Shown one piece after another: positions 54,700 through 64,000 of a stretch of DNA of 64,000 bases. Source of the DNA: Gemmatimonadota bacterium (GTDB taxonomy: Bacteria > Latescibacterota > UBA2968 > UBA8231); NCBI GenBank assembly GCA_038128265.1, contig JAYPJE010000004.1:54303-118302 (forward strand). The letters are read 5' to 3'. The first letter of the stretch is position 1. Every line of letters starts with the position of its first letter. Made by a program: the position numbers and the translations under genes. The notes under the pieces are model-generated. The model made no database searches. It worked only from the letters and a program-made list of their open reading frames with translations, and was not told the DNA's origin.

Positions 54700-56937
54700 A
54701 TGGCCAATAAACTTCACGCCGCCAATCCGCCCAGCGGGCAGCTGGGACGTGTGCTGCCCGCCGTAGCCAGCAATCTAGACGCCGTTTTAGAGCAGGCCAA
54801 AGACGAGCTACAGCTGCAGATGCTGCTTATAGAGGTGGCTTCGTGCGACGACGGCGCCGACTTTGCACTTATTGCGCGCGCCTACGACTTTGCGCGACTG
54901 CAGCACGAGGGCCAACACCGCAAATCTGGCCATCCCTTCCTACAGCACTGCGTGGAGGTCGCGCGCCTGCTGGCACAGCTGCGCATGGACGATACCACCG
55001 TGGCCGCCGGCCTGCTGCACGACGTCATCGAAGACACGCCGGCCACCTACAAGCAGGTGGCCGATCTCTTTGGCGCCAAAATTGCCGACCTCATCGACGG
55101 CGTTACCAAAATCGACCGCTTCACCTACGAAAGTCGCGAAACGCGGCAGGCCGAGACCTATCGCAAAATGCTCCTGTCGGTCGTAAAGGACATTCGCGTT
55201 ATCCTCATCAAGCTGGTCGACCGCCTGCATAATATGCGCACCCTCGAATACATCGGCGCCAATGCACAGGAGCGCATTGCCCGCGAAACGCTCGAGGTAT
55301 ATGCGCCGCTAGCCCACCGCTTTGGCCTGGCGCGCATTCGCTGGGAACTGGAAGATCGCAGCCTGAAATTTCTGCACCCCGAGATTTACGCGGAGCTGCG
55401 CGAAAAGGTGGCGATGAAGCGGCGTGAACGCGAAGACTACATCGAGGAATTCAAAGCGCCAATCGACGCGGAACTGCGCAAGAGCCACATTGAAGCGGAG
55501 ATCGGTGGCCGCCCCAAGAACTTTTACAGCATTTACAACAAAATGAAGGCACGGGGAAAGCCTTTCGAGGAAATTTACGATCTACTCGCCGTGCGCATTA
55601 TCGTCGATAGCATGCGCGAATGCTACCACACGCTGGGCCTAGTACACGGCATCTACCGACCGGTTCCCGAGCGCATCAAAGACTACATATCGATGCCAAA
55701 GAGCAATATGTACCAGTCACTGCACACTTCGGTCATCGGTCCGCGCGGCCTGCCCGTCGAAGTGCAGATCCGCACGCGGGAAATGCACCACACAGCCGAG
55801 ATTGGCATCGCCGCACACTGGCGCTATAAATCGGGTGACAGCGCACCGAACGACCTAGACCAGCACATTAGCTGGCTGCGCCAAATTGTCGACATACAGC
55901 ACGACGAAGGCGATCCAGAAGAGTTTCTGGAAAATCTAAAAATCGAGCTTTTTCAGGACGAGGTTTTTGTATTCACGCCGAAGGGGGACCTGCACCAATT
56001 TCCCAAGGGCGCGACGCCTATCGACTTTGCTTTTAACATACACACCGACATCGGCATGCACTGCCTAACAGCTAAGGTCAATGGACAGGTCGTACCGCTC
56101 AGTACCCCGCTCAACAGCGGAGATGCCGTGGAAATTATCACCTCGTCGCATCAGTCGCCCAATCGCTCTTGGCTCAACTCGGTACAGACCGTCAAAGCAC
56201 GGCAGGCCATTCGCCGCTGGCTAAAAGAAGAGCAGCACGCCCACAGCGTGCGCCTGGGCCAGGAGATGCTCGACCGCGAGCTCAAGCGCTATCCCAACGT
56301 AGAGCTCAAAGACGATTTGACTACGCTGGCCAACGAGTTCGGCCTCGCGAGCAGCGAGAATCTCTACGCGGCACTCGGCAGTGGCGACCTCTCTATGGGG
56401 CGCATTATCGGTCGCCTTATTCCCCAGCGCCCCAAACCGAGCAGGGCTCGTCGCAAAGATCGGCGCGGCATTCGCATTCAGGGTATGGACGACCTGATGA
56501 TTGGCTTTGGCAAGTGCTGCACGCCCATTCCAGGAGACTCAATCATCGGTCTTATAACCCGCGGTCGCGGGGTTACCGTGCACCGCACCGACTGTCCCAA
56601 CATCGGCCATATCAGCGAAGACCCGGACCGCCTGCTGAGCGTCAACTGGGATATCGACAGCGAGCAGTCGTTCACCGTTCAGCTGCGCGTGCGCAGCTAC
56701 GATCGCAAGTTTCTCCTGTCCGATATCAGCAAAGCACTGGGCGACAGCGGCTGCAATATTCAGTCGGCGACGACCCGCACAGTCGGACAAATAGCCGAAC
56801 AAGACTTTTGGATTGATGTCGTAAATATTACCCAGCTACAGCGGGCTATGGACGAGGCCAACGCCATCGACGGCGTGCTCGAAGTGCTGCGCATAGACGA
56901 GAAGGTCGGCGAGGAACTGCGTGCGCTAGAGGCGTAG
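54700..56937 (+). CDS. rel: Bifunctional (p)ppGpp synthetase/hydrolase Rel/SpoT
   Basis: Intact hydrolase 'LHDVIED'; synthetase 'RIKD...YQSLHT...EVQIRT'; TGS 'VFTPKG', ZFD 'KCCTPIPGD' and ACT domains. Confidence 0.96.
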   Translation: MANKLHAANPPSGQLGRVLPAVASNLDAVLEQAKDELQLQMLLIEVASCDDGADFALIARAYDFARLQHEGQHRKSGHPFLQHCVEVARLLAQLRMDDTTVAAGLLHDVIEDTPATYKQVADLFGAKIADLIDGVTKIDRFTYESRETRQAETYRKMLLSVVKDIRVILIKLVDRLHNMRTLEYIGANAQERIARETLEVYAPLAHRFGLARIRWELEDRSLKFLHPEIYAELREKVAMKRREREDYIEEFKAPIDAELRKSHIEAEIGGRPKNFYSIYNKMKARGKPFEEIYDLLAVRIIVDSMRECYHTLGLVHGIYRPVPERIKDYISMPKSNMYQSLHTSVIGPRGLPVEVQIRTREMHHTAEIGIAAHWRYKSGDSAPNDLDQHISWLRQIVDIQHDEGDPEEFLENLKIELFQDEVFVFTPKGDLHQFPKGATPIDFAFNIHTDIGMHCLTAKVNGQVVPLSTPLNSGDAVEIITSSHQSPNRSWLNSVQTVKARQAIRRWLKEEQHAHSVRLGQEMLDRELKRYPNVELKDDLTTLANEFGLASSENLYAALGSGDLSMGRIIGRLIPQRPKPSRARRKDRRGIRIQGMDDLMIGFGKCCTPIPGDSIIGLITRGRGVTVHRTDCPNIGHISEDPDRLLSVNWDIDSEQSFTVQLRVRSYDRKFLLSDISKALGDSGCNIQSATTRTVGQIAEQDFWIDVVNITQLQRAMDEANAIDGVLEVLRIDEKVGEELRALEA

Positions 56938-56944
56938 CGCGCTC

Positions 56945-57223
56945 CTATTGCAGTGCATTCTGCAGCTTGCTCATGATGGCGCGCTCCTCCGTGTTGCGCA
57001 CTTCCCGCCCCAGGCTTCCAGCCATCTGATCTTCGGCCCACCCCCAAAGAATTTTCAGCTGCATACGACTCAGATCAAGTGGCTGTTCGCTCTCCAGAGC
57101 GCGCTTGAGCTTGGCGACCAAACGCATTTCATCGGGCCAAAAGATCTCTTCTTTCCAAGAGATAATGTAGGCGATTTCGCGCTTTGTGAATGGTACGATC
57201 ACGACCCTTACTTCCGTTGACAT
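56945..57223 (-). CDS. Hypothetical protein (start uncertain)
   Basis: Fills the gap between rel and hisC; globular helical composition. Confidence 0.55.
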   Translation of the reverse strand: MSTEVRVVIVPFTKREIAYIISWKEEIFWPDEMRLVAKLKRALESEQPLDLSRMQLKILWGWAEDQMAGSLGREVRNTEERAIMSKLQNALQ

Positions 57224-57327
57224 AACGCGCGACGGAGCTTTATATATTTTGTCCTCGCTCACGTGCAACAACAACGACCCTTCGCGGACGCGCGCCGTGA
57301 TGGAACTCACGCAACGGATGCGCTACC

Positions 57328-58389
57328 ATGTCGACAAACGGACCCGCTTTCCGCCCCAATATCGCACGCATGAAAGGCTATGTTCCCGGCGAACAGCCAC
57401 AGTCGGGCGGGTTTATCAAACTCAACACAAATGAAAATCCCTATCCCCCCTCTGCGGCTCTTCTCGATCGGCTACGACAGGCTTGCACCGAGGATTTGCG
57501 GCTCTATCCAGATCCTGATGCCACGGCGCTGCGCGCCCTCCTAGCGCGCACCTTTGGTCCTTCGCCAGACCACTTTATCGTAGGCAATGGCTCCGACGAG
57601 TTGCTGACCATCATCATTCGCAGCTTTGCCGGCGAGGGCGATTCTATTGCCTACGCCTATCCAACCTACGGATACTACCAGCCGCTCATTGAGGTGCAGG
57701 GAGCGCAGGCGGTCGTCGTAGACTATCCGGAAGACTTTTCCCTGCCCTCTGCACTGGCAGAGACGGGGGCCAACCTCACGTTTGTCGTCAATCCCAACGC
57801 CCCCTCCGGCACGCTCGTGCCCGTCGAGCACATCGCAGCGTTAGCCGAGCGCGTCCGGGGCATCCTCGTCGTCGACGAAGCCTACGTAGACTTTTCCCAA
57901 GGTGGCTGCATCGACTTGGTCGGCGATCGCGCTAATGTAATTGTCGTCCGCACCATGTCCAAATCCTTTTCCCTTGCGGGCATGCGCATCGGCTTTGCCT
58001 GCACCTCACCCGAAATTGTCGCCGGCATGTGGAAGGTAAAGGAACACTATAACCTCAATCGCCTCAGCCTGGTAGCGGCCGAGGCCGCGCTAGAAGACAT
58101 CGAGACAATGCGCCACAGTGCCAACCGCATTTGTGCCACGCGTGCGCGACTAACCGAAGAACTGCGCGCGCTGGGATTTTTCGTATGGGATTCTGCTACC
58201 AACTTCGTGTTGGTTCGCAGTGAGGCAAGACCGGCCGCCGAATTGTACAACGCCCTCAAAGACCGGCGCATCCTAGTGCGCTACTTTAATCAAAAACGCC
58301 TCGACGACTGCTTGCGCATCAGCATTGGCACCGATGAAGAAACCGATGCACTCATCGCATCGCTGCGCGAAATCCTCGCCAATCCATAG
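57328..58389 (+). CDS. hisC: Histidinol-phosphate aminotransferase
   Basis: 'KLNTNENPY', 'GNGSDE', 'NPNAPSG', 'DEAY', 'RTMSKSFSLAGMRIG'. Confidence 0.94.
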   Translation: MSTNGPAFRPNIARMKGYVPGEQPQSGGFIKLNTNENPYPPSAALLDRLRQACTEDLRLYPDPDATALRALLARTFGPSPDHFIVGNGSDELLTIIIRSFAGEGDSIAYAYPTYGYYQPLIEVQGAQAVVVDYPEDFSLPSALAETGANLTFVVNPNAPSGTLVPVEHIAALAERVRGILVVDEAYVDFSQGGCIDLVGDRANVIVVRTMSKSFSLAGMRIGFACTSPEIVAGMWKVKEHYNLNRLSLVAAEAALEDIETMRHSANRICATRARLTEELRALGFFVWDSATNFVLVRSEARPAAELYNALKDRRILVRYFNQKRLDDCLRISIGTDEETDALIASLREILANP

Positions 58390-58391
58390 CG

Positions 58392-58787
58392 TTAATTTCG
58401 CCGCCGCAGGTGCATCATACGCCCCATCAGTTCGACCTCGGCAACGCCCAAGCCTAGCTCCCTAGCGACCACCGCAGGCGGCGCACCCTCATCCAGTCGG
58501 CTCCAGGCCCGCTGGTATACGTCCTCTGCCTCTCTGCGCGCCGGCGCGTCGGCTGCCGGTGGAGCATCTGTGCGCTGGCGATTTGCCAACTCGAGAGACT
58601 GACAAAGGGCGTCCACGCGTTCGCCTGCCCGCTCCAGGCGCATTTGCTGTGCTTCGAGTGCGTCTAATCGCTGCTGCAGTTGGAACCGCTCGCGCTTGAC
58701 CCAAGCGCGAAACGACAAGCCCATGCCGAGCACCGAGCACAGCAGCAATGCATCAACCAGCGCAATATGCCACAGCACGCTATCCAC
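58392..58787 (-). CDS. Flagellar-locus TM + coiled-coil + HTH-like protein (DUF2802-like)
   Basis: GTG after AAGGAG; C-terminal 'VARELGLGVAEVELM'. Confidence 0.65.
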   Translation of the reverse strand: MDSVLWHIALVDALLLCSVLGMGLSFRAWVKRERFQLQQRLDALEAQQMRLERAGERVDALCQSLELANRQRTDAPPAADAPARREAEDVYQRAWSRLDEGAPPAVVARELGLGVAEVELMGRMMHLRRRN

Positions 58788-60243
58788 GCCGCTCTCCTTG
58801 CCAACAGGGAAAGCGCAGCGTGAAGCGCGTGCCATCACCGCATGTGCTCTCCACCTCAATGACACCGCCGTGACGCTCTACGATGCCATAGCTAACCGAT
58901 AGGCCCAAACCCGTACCGCCCTCGTGCGGCCGCGTGGTAAAAAACGGATCGAAAATATGTTCGATGACATCCTCTGGCATACCCACGCCCGTGTCGGCAA
59001 AGCACAGTTCGACCTCTTCCCCTACCTGGCGCGCCGAAATAGATAGCTGTCCACCGCTGGGCATGGCGTTTTTTGCGTTGACGATTAGGTTGATAAAAAC
59101 CTGCTCCAACTCACCCATATTGCCGCCGATGGGCGACAGCTCAGCGGCACAGGTTAGGGCCGCCTGGACCCCTGCCTCATCGAGCTGTGGCTTCAGCAAT
59201 TCGACTGTCTGCCGCAAACCCCTCTCGACGTCGCACGGTCCCCATTCGCGCTCGTCGGCAACGTGCCCGGCAAACCCAAGCAGACCGCGAATGATCTTGG
59301 ATATGCGCCGCACATTGTGCTCGACCAGCCCTAGCCCATCTACCACTTGCGGCATGGCGCCGTTCTGCATGCGCATGAGCTGCACGCGGCTCAGAATAAT
59401 TTGCAGTGGGTTGTTTACTTCGTGTGCTACGCCACCGGCCAAACGGCCGACAACGGCCATCTTCTCTGCCAATAGGAGCTGCTGCTGCGACGCCCGGACC
59501 TGGTCTCTGCTCTCTTCGAGCTCGCTGTAGAGACGCGCATTCTCAAGCGCAATAGCCGTTTGGCTGGCCAGCACGCTGAGCAACTCCATCTCTGCAGCGG
59601 TAAACTCATCTTTGGCCCGCAGGCAGTAGAGAGCGTACAGGCCGATGCATCGACCGCGCACCCGCAGCGGGGTTAATACAGTGCAGCACGCCCGGCCATC
59701 GCCGCCATCCAACGTGCTCATATCTTCCACGACGACGGGACGCTGCTCGCGCAAAACCCAATCGACAATCCCGTCTTCCCAATGGGCGCGCGCGCAGTCC
59801 TCGGCGCGGCCACTGCCGCGCATAGCCAATACTTCGAGAAGCGCGCCCTCCTGCCGCAGGGAAAATACGCAGCAGCTCTCATATGGCATACAGCGCGCAG
59901 AGAGATCCATGAGCGATTCGATGATATCGGCAATCGCAAAGCTGGTACTAATTTTTTCGGTGAGTTCGTGCAGATTGAGCAGTTCGTCCATCGAAGCGCG
60001 CAGCTCGGCATAGCCCCGATGCTGGCGCTGCAAGCGCTCTTGCAGCTGGCGCTTGTCCTCTTCTAACCCCCGGCAGGTTGCAGCGCTTTCCTTCAGCGAT
60101 TCGGCGAGCGCGTCGATGTGGAAACCCAATTCCCACGCTAGCTTTTCGTCCGATTGCTCTTGCAGCTGTTCCAGCAGTTGGCGCGCGCGCGTGGCCAGTT
60201 CGTCTGCAGCGAAGACAGGTGCAGCCGGTTCGACGTCATCCAT
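58780..60243 (-). CDS. Cytoplasmic GAF-domain histidine kinase
   Basis: GAF ending 'IALENARLY'; H-box 'AHEVNNPL'; N, G1 'DTGVG', F 'FDPFFTT' and G2 'GTGLGL' boxes. Confidence 0.93.
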   Translation of the reverse strand: MDDVEPAAPVFAADELATRARQLLEQLQEQSDEKLAWELGFHIDALAESLKESAATCRGLEEDKRQLQERLQRQHRGYAELRASMDELLNLHELTEKISTSFAIADIIESLMDLSARCMPYESCCVFSLRQEGALLEVLAMRGSGRAEDCARAHWEDGIVDWVLREQRPVVVEDMSTLDGGDGRACCTVLTPLRVRGRCIGLYALYCLRAKDEFTAAEMELLSVLASQTAIALENARLYSELEESRDQVRASQQQLLLAEKMAVVGRLAGGVAHEVNNPLQIILSRVQLMRMQNGAMPQVVDGLGLVEHNVRRISKIIRGLLGFAGHVADEREWGPCDVERGLRQTVELLKPQLDEAGVQAALTCAAELSPIGGNMGELEQVFINLIVNAKNAMPSGGQLSISARQVGEEVELCFADTGVGMPEDVIEHIFDPFFTTRPHEGGTGLGLSVSYGIVERHGGVIEVESTCGDGTRFTLRFPCWQGERRG

Positions 60244-60277
60244 TCTCTACGCTATCCCCACTGCGATCGACTGCACG

Positions 60278-61213
60278 CTACGCAGCCACATCTTCCCCCT
60301 CTTCGTCTTCCTCTTCTTCTTTTTCTTCCCCACGGGCAATCTGGGTAAATATGTCGGCCTTGGCCATTTCTTCCTGCAAGAGCTCTCCGTAGGAGAATAT
60401 GCGCCGAATGGCCACCTTGGGCTCTTCGTGAATGCCGAATGCGCGCAGAGCAGCCGGATCCAAGGAGGGCAGCCGAGTTCCACCGCCGTCGCCTATTTTC
60501 TCGCGACGCGTTAGAAAGTCGGCCAGGTGGATCAACGAGGCCAACTCTGATTCCCGCTCCATGCGCCCGGGCGCGTGATGGTTGGAAATGGCGTCTACCA
60601 GCTTGGCCGGCAGGTTCCACTTTTCGGCCAACCACAGACCTATTTCCGCATGCGTTACGCCGAGAACGCGCTCTTCGGCCTTGCCGATATAGAGGTCTTC
60701 GTCCCGCGTCAGCGCGAGGATTTCCTCAAACTCATCGGTGAAATATTGGCTGAGAATGAGCTTGCCAATATCGTGTAGAATGCCCGCGGCAAAGGCTTCT
60801 CCCTGCACGCGGTAACGCAGCTTGTCGGCCAGCAGCCGCGCGGCCACACCGCAGGCGATTGAGTGTTCCCAAAACTTCTGGCGGTCAAAGCTAGTACTGG
60901 CCCCTCCTGCGGCAAAGCGCTCCAGCACCGACACGCTGAGGCCCAAACTTTTAACGGTTTCGAAACCGAGCACGACAACGGCGTGATTTACGGTGGCAAT
61001 CTCGCGCGGAAAACCATAAAAAGCCGAGTTGGCCAGCTTAAGAATTTTAGCTGTAAGGGCTTGATCGGTGGCAATAAGCTGGGAAACTTCGCGCGCCGAG
61101 GTCTGGGGATTGTCGATCAGACCAATCATCTGCGTGATGACCGTCGGCAGCGTGGGTAGGCCGATGATGCTCTGGGTAATCTTCTTTATGCGCTGCTGCT
61201 TCTCTGCATCCAA
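60278..61213 (-). CDS. HDOD domain protein
   Basis: 'LPTLP', 'DQALTAKILKLANSAFYG', 'FWEHS', 'LHDIGK', 'WNLP'. Confidence 0.93.
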   Translation of the reverse strand: MDAEKQQRIKKITQSIIGLPTLPTVITQMIGLIDNPQTSAREVSQLIATDQALTAKILKLANSAFYGFPREIATVNHAVVVLGFETVKSLGLSVSVLERFAAGGASTSFDRQKFWEHSIACGVAARLLADKLRYRVQGEAFAAGILHDIGKLILSQYFTDEFEEILALTRDEDLYIGKAEERVLGVTHAEIGLWLAEKWNLPAKLVDAISNHHAPGRMERESELASLIHLADFLTRREKIGDGGGTRLPSLDPAALRAFGIHEEPKVAIRRIFSYGELLQEEMAKADIFTQIARGEEKEEEEDEEGEDVAA

Positions 61214-61240
61214 AACAAAAATCCTTGGAGAGGAGAGCGT

Positions 61241-62035
61241 TCAAGCCAAGAAACGCTTGCGCAACTTGGCCCTGAGTCCCAACACCGCCTTTGTATGCAG
61301 CTGTGAGACGCGCGATTCGGACAGTTCGAGGACCTGTCCAATTTCTTTTAGGGTGAGCTCTTCGTAGTAGTACAACGCGATGACCAAGCGCTCTTGCTCG
61401 GTGATCTGTCCGAGTGAATCGGCCAGCAGGTCGCGCATCTCCTCGCGCTCGAGGTTGCTGAGCGCACTGGGCTGATCGTGCGAGCGCAGCGTGTCGACCA
61501 AGGCAACCGGCTTGTCGTCGTCTTCGCCAAAGCTCGTCTCGTCGAGTGAGAGCAACGAGGCGGAGCTAACGTCGTCCATGATGTGGTAGTACGTTTCCAT
61601 ATCGACGTCAAGTGCAGCGGCCAACTCCTCTTCGGTCGGCGAGCGACCCAATTCGCCTTCGAGCTTAGAGATGGCGCGTTCGATTTCGCGCGAACGCGCC
61701 CGCGTCGAGCGCGGCACCCAGTCCATACCGCGCAGTTCGTCCAGTATGGAACCGCGAATGCGCAGTGACGCATAGGTTTCGAACTTGACCCCTTTGCTCG
61801 TATCAAAATTGCTGTAGGCCTCAATAAGCCCGACGACACCGGCATTGACCAAGTCGTCCATCTCAACGGATCGGGGCAAACCGATGGCCAGACGACCCGC
61901 AATGTACTTGACCAGCGGCAGATACTCGACCAATTCTTTGCGCGTATCCTCGCCCTCGCTGGGGCTCGGCGCAACCTGTTGGTGTTGAGCATACTTCTTT
62001 GTCGCGCTGGTGGCCGGGGTCTTTTTGGGACTCAT
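61241..62035 (-). CDS. fliA: RNA polymerase sigma-28 factor FliA/WhiG
   Basis: 'FETYASLRIRGSILDELR..DWVPRS' and 'LYYYEELTLKEIG..LSESRVSQLH'. Confidence 0.95.
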   Translation of the reverse strand: MSPKKTPATSATKKYAQHQQVAPSPSEGEDTRKELVEYLPLVKYIAGRLAIGLPRSVEMDDLVNAGVVGLIEAYSNFDTSKGVKFETYASLRIRGSILDELRGMDWVPRSTRARSREIERAISKLEGELGRSPTEEELAAALDVDMETYYHIMDDVSSASLLSLDETSFGEDDDKPVALVDTLRSHDQPSALSNLEREEMRDLLADSLGQITEQERLVIALYYYEELTLKEIGQVLELSESRVSQLHTKAVLGLRAKLRKRFLA

Positions 62036-62070
62036 GTACTTGCTTTCGCCGGTAGTTGTCAATCCGAACC

Positions 62071-62874
62071 CTATACTTCCCAACCCAAGACCCGGTCAAA
62101 AAAGCCAGACGTGCCTTCTGGGTCTGAAACTTCGCCAAACCAGCGCGCTAGTTTTTCCAGGGCTTCGGCCGCGGGAGAAGGCGGATTTATCCGCGCAAGA
62201 GGCACCTGTCGCTTAGCCGCCTCGCGCGCGTATCGATCTAAAGGAATATAACCTCGATTGTCAATCTGCGCCCCTATAAATCGCGTGGCTAACTCGGCGA
62301 ACTTCTCCTGAAGTTCGTCTGCTTCCTGCTGGGAATCGGCCATATTGACGACCAGGTGTACAGCTAGATCAGCGCGCACTGACAGCAGCGCTTTCATCGA
62401 GGCATAGGCATCGGCAATCGCCGCGGGCTCAGGCGTTGCCACCAGCAGCAGGCGTCCTGCCGCCGTTGCGGCATCGACGGTCTTTGCCGTCAGGCCGGCG
62501 CCGGTATCGACGATTACGCAATCGAACTGCGCTTCGAATGCGCTGAGGTCAGCGCAGATATCTCCCGCGCTCGGTCCCAGTTCCCACCCCGCACTTCCAC
62601 CGTCTGCCGAAGCCGCCAACAGGACGAGCCCCTCTGGACCAGAGATGGCCGCATCGGCGGCGCGGCAGTGCCCTGCCAACACATCTTCGATGCTGTTTTC
62701 AACGGCACTGCCCATTAGTAGGGCGCTGTTACCCAGACCAAAGTCGGCATCAACGAGGAGCGTGGCGTGACCGCTGCGGGCCATCGACACCGCTAGGTTC
62801 ACAGCAATACAGCTCTTTCCCACGCCGCCCTTACCGCTGGTTACAGCCAGCGTGCGGCGCCCATTCCCCGCCAT
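62071..62874 (-). CDS. flhG: Flagellar number regulator FlhG (MinD/ParA ATPase)
   Basis: 'SGKGGVGKS', 'DADFGLGN', 'DTGAG', 'TPEP...DAYA'; lies between flhF and fliA. Confidence 0.9.
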   Translation of the reverse strand: MAGNGRRTLAVTSGKGGVGKSCIAVNLAVSMARSGHATLLVDADFGLGNSALLMGSAVENSIEDVLAGHCRAADAAISGPEGLVLLAASADGGSAGWELGPSAGDICADLSAFEAQFDCVIVDTGAGLTAKTVDAATAAGRLLLVATPEPAAIADAYASMKALLSVRADLAVHLVVNMADSQQEADELQEKFAELATRFIGAQIDNRGYIPLDRYAREAAKRQVPLARINPPSPAAEALEKLARWFGEVSDPEGTSGFFDRVLGWEV

Positions 62875-62876
62875 CC

Positions 62877-64000
62877 TCAGGCCTTTCTCTCCGGCGCACG
62901 ACCCAAGATCTGCGCCACGATTTTCTCCATTTCACCCGCTTCGATATCGCCGGGCACCTGGCTGCCAACCGTCATGTAGGACGTAGGGAGCTGACTCTCA
63001 ATGACCGCACTCAGCATCGCCCCGGGGCGCGCCACTTCGTCTGCTTTGGTAAAGAGCAGCCGCCGCTGGCCGAATACGCTGCTTGCATCAATGATATCCA
63101 ACGCGTGCTCCAACCCACTCAAGGCATCGATCACCACGTGCACCTCCTCCGCACCAGCGGCCTCGAAGATGCGGTGCTGGCGCTCGCGCTCGTGCACGTC
63201 ATTGGGCCCACAGCCGGGCGCATCGATCAGAACGAGCTGGGCCTGCGGGTGCCGTTCAATGGCGGCAACCATATCTTCTTCGCTATAGGCACACTCCAGT
63301 TCAACGCCAATGATGTGCGCAAATGCGCGCACCTGATCTAGCCCCCCCACCCGGCGATCGTCTGCGGTAACGAGGACGATCCGCTCTTTTCTCTTGAGGG
63401 CAAATCCGGCGGCGATCTTGGCGACGGCAGTGGTCTTACCCGCGCCCGAGGTACCAAAAAAACCGATTACTTTGCGGCGTTTCCCTATGCGAATGTGCTG
63501 ACAGGGCGGCAGCTTGGCGCATAAAAAGTGATGAAGCCATTCGCCGACTGCCTCGCGATCGTCCAGCGCGGCCCCACTGAGGTCGCGCAGCACGCCGGCA
63601 CACGCCTCTTCGACGAGCGCTGAAGCAACCCCCATATTGCGCAGGCGCTCTGCAAGACGACCCAGCGCATCGGGAATAACCAGTGCCGCAGCGCTGCTGC
63701 GCCGCTCGACGCGCGCCAGCGCATCCTGCACTTGGCGCAGTTGGCGCATAACGCGATCCATATCCTCTCCGCTGCGCCCCGCTGGGACCGCAGATGGAGA
63801 GAGCGTCTCTCTGCGATCATCGCCCCCCACCAACCCGCTGGGTTCCACCGCAGCCGATTCGATCTCGGGCTCGGCAGTGGAGGCCAAGCGCGGACCGCCT
63901 GCCGCTTGCGAAGCATAGCGCTGGGCCGCCAAATGCGCCGGACCGGCCGGCGGCCGCTGCGGCTGCGCAGCCTGCGCGGGTGCAGCGGTCGGCGCGCGCT
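62877..64000 (-). CDS. flhF: Flagellar SRP-family GTPase FlhF, 5' truncated by the window edge
   Basis: 'GTSGAGKTTAVAKIA', 'DAPG', 'TKADE', 'GSQVPGDI'; frame is open to the window end. Confidence 0.9.
   Translation of the reverse strand, partial: RAPTAAPAQAAQPQRPPAGPAHLAAQRYASQAAGGPRLASTAEPEIESAAVEPSGLVGGDDRRETLSPSAVPAGRSGEDMDRVMRQLRQVQDALARVERRSSAAALVIPDALGRLAERLRNMGVASALVEEACAGVLRDLSGAALDDREAVGEWLHHFLCAKLPPCQHIRIGKRRKVIGFFGTSGAGKTTAVAKIAAGFALKRKERIVLVTADDRRVGGLDQVRAFAHIIGVELECAYSEEDMVAAIERHPQAQLVLIDAPGCGPNDVHERERQHRIFEAAGAEEVHVVIDALSGLEHALDIIDASSVFGQRRLLFTKADEVARPGAMLSAVIESQLPTSYMTVGSQVPGDIEAGEMEKIVAQILGRAPERKA

Overview
This is a gene-dense, GC-rich chromosomal segment from a diderm, flagellated bacterium. 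The gene repertoire suggests Latescibacterota or a related FCB/PVC-adjacent lineage, but that is inference only. I found about 53 CDS and one tRNA-Gly(GCC), and no rRNA, CRISPR array, transposase, integrase or prophage. From left to right it holds: a flippase-like/TolC/MlaC-DUF3047/MlaC/MMPL lipid-trafficking operon; a TPR-FG-GAP-ASPIC lipoprotein; an FGE-fold protein, PBP1A and a MotE-like gene; ytfI/ytfJ-like genes, rlmN, an M23 peptidase and larC; a split dppAB...dppC system; glgB; a His-rich metal permease; a DprE1/DprE2-like pair; recD2; and flagellin behind a sigma-28 promoter with a long structured, CsrA-type leader. After that come an EetA/EetB-like pair, a GT-C glycosyltransferase, rel, hisC and the flhF-flhG-fliA-HDOD-kinase cluster. 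The best candidate for an undescribed system is the minus-strand operon at 42.5-51.1 kb. It encodes a 1588-aa fusion of a catalytically degenerate M28 peptidase fold to an FtsX/MacB permease, an OPT-like transporter with an apparently circularly permuted Fn3-like insert, an unknown two-repeat protein and a stand-alone PqqD/RRE protein. The operon contains no ATPase, precursor peptide or maturase. All family assignments come from recognising motifs by eye; no searches were run.
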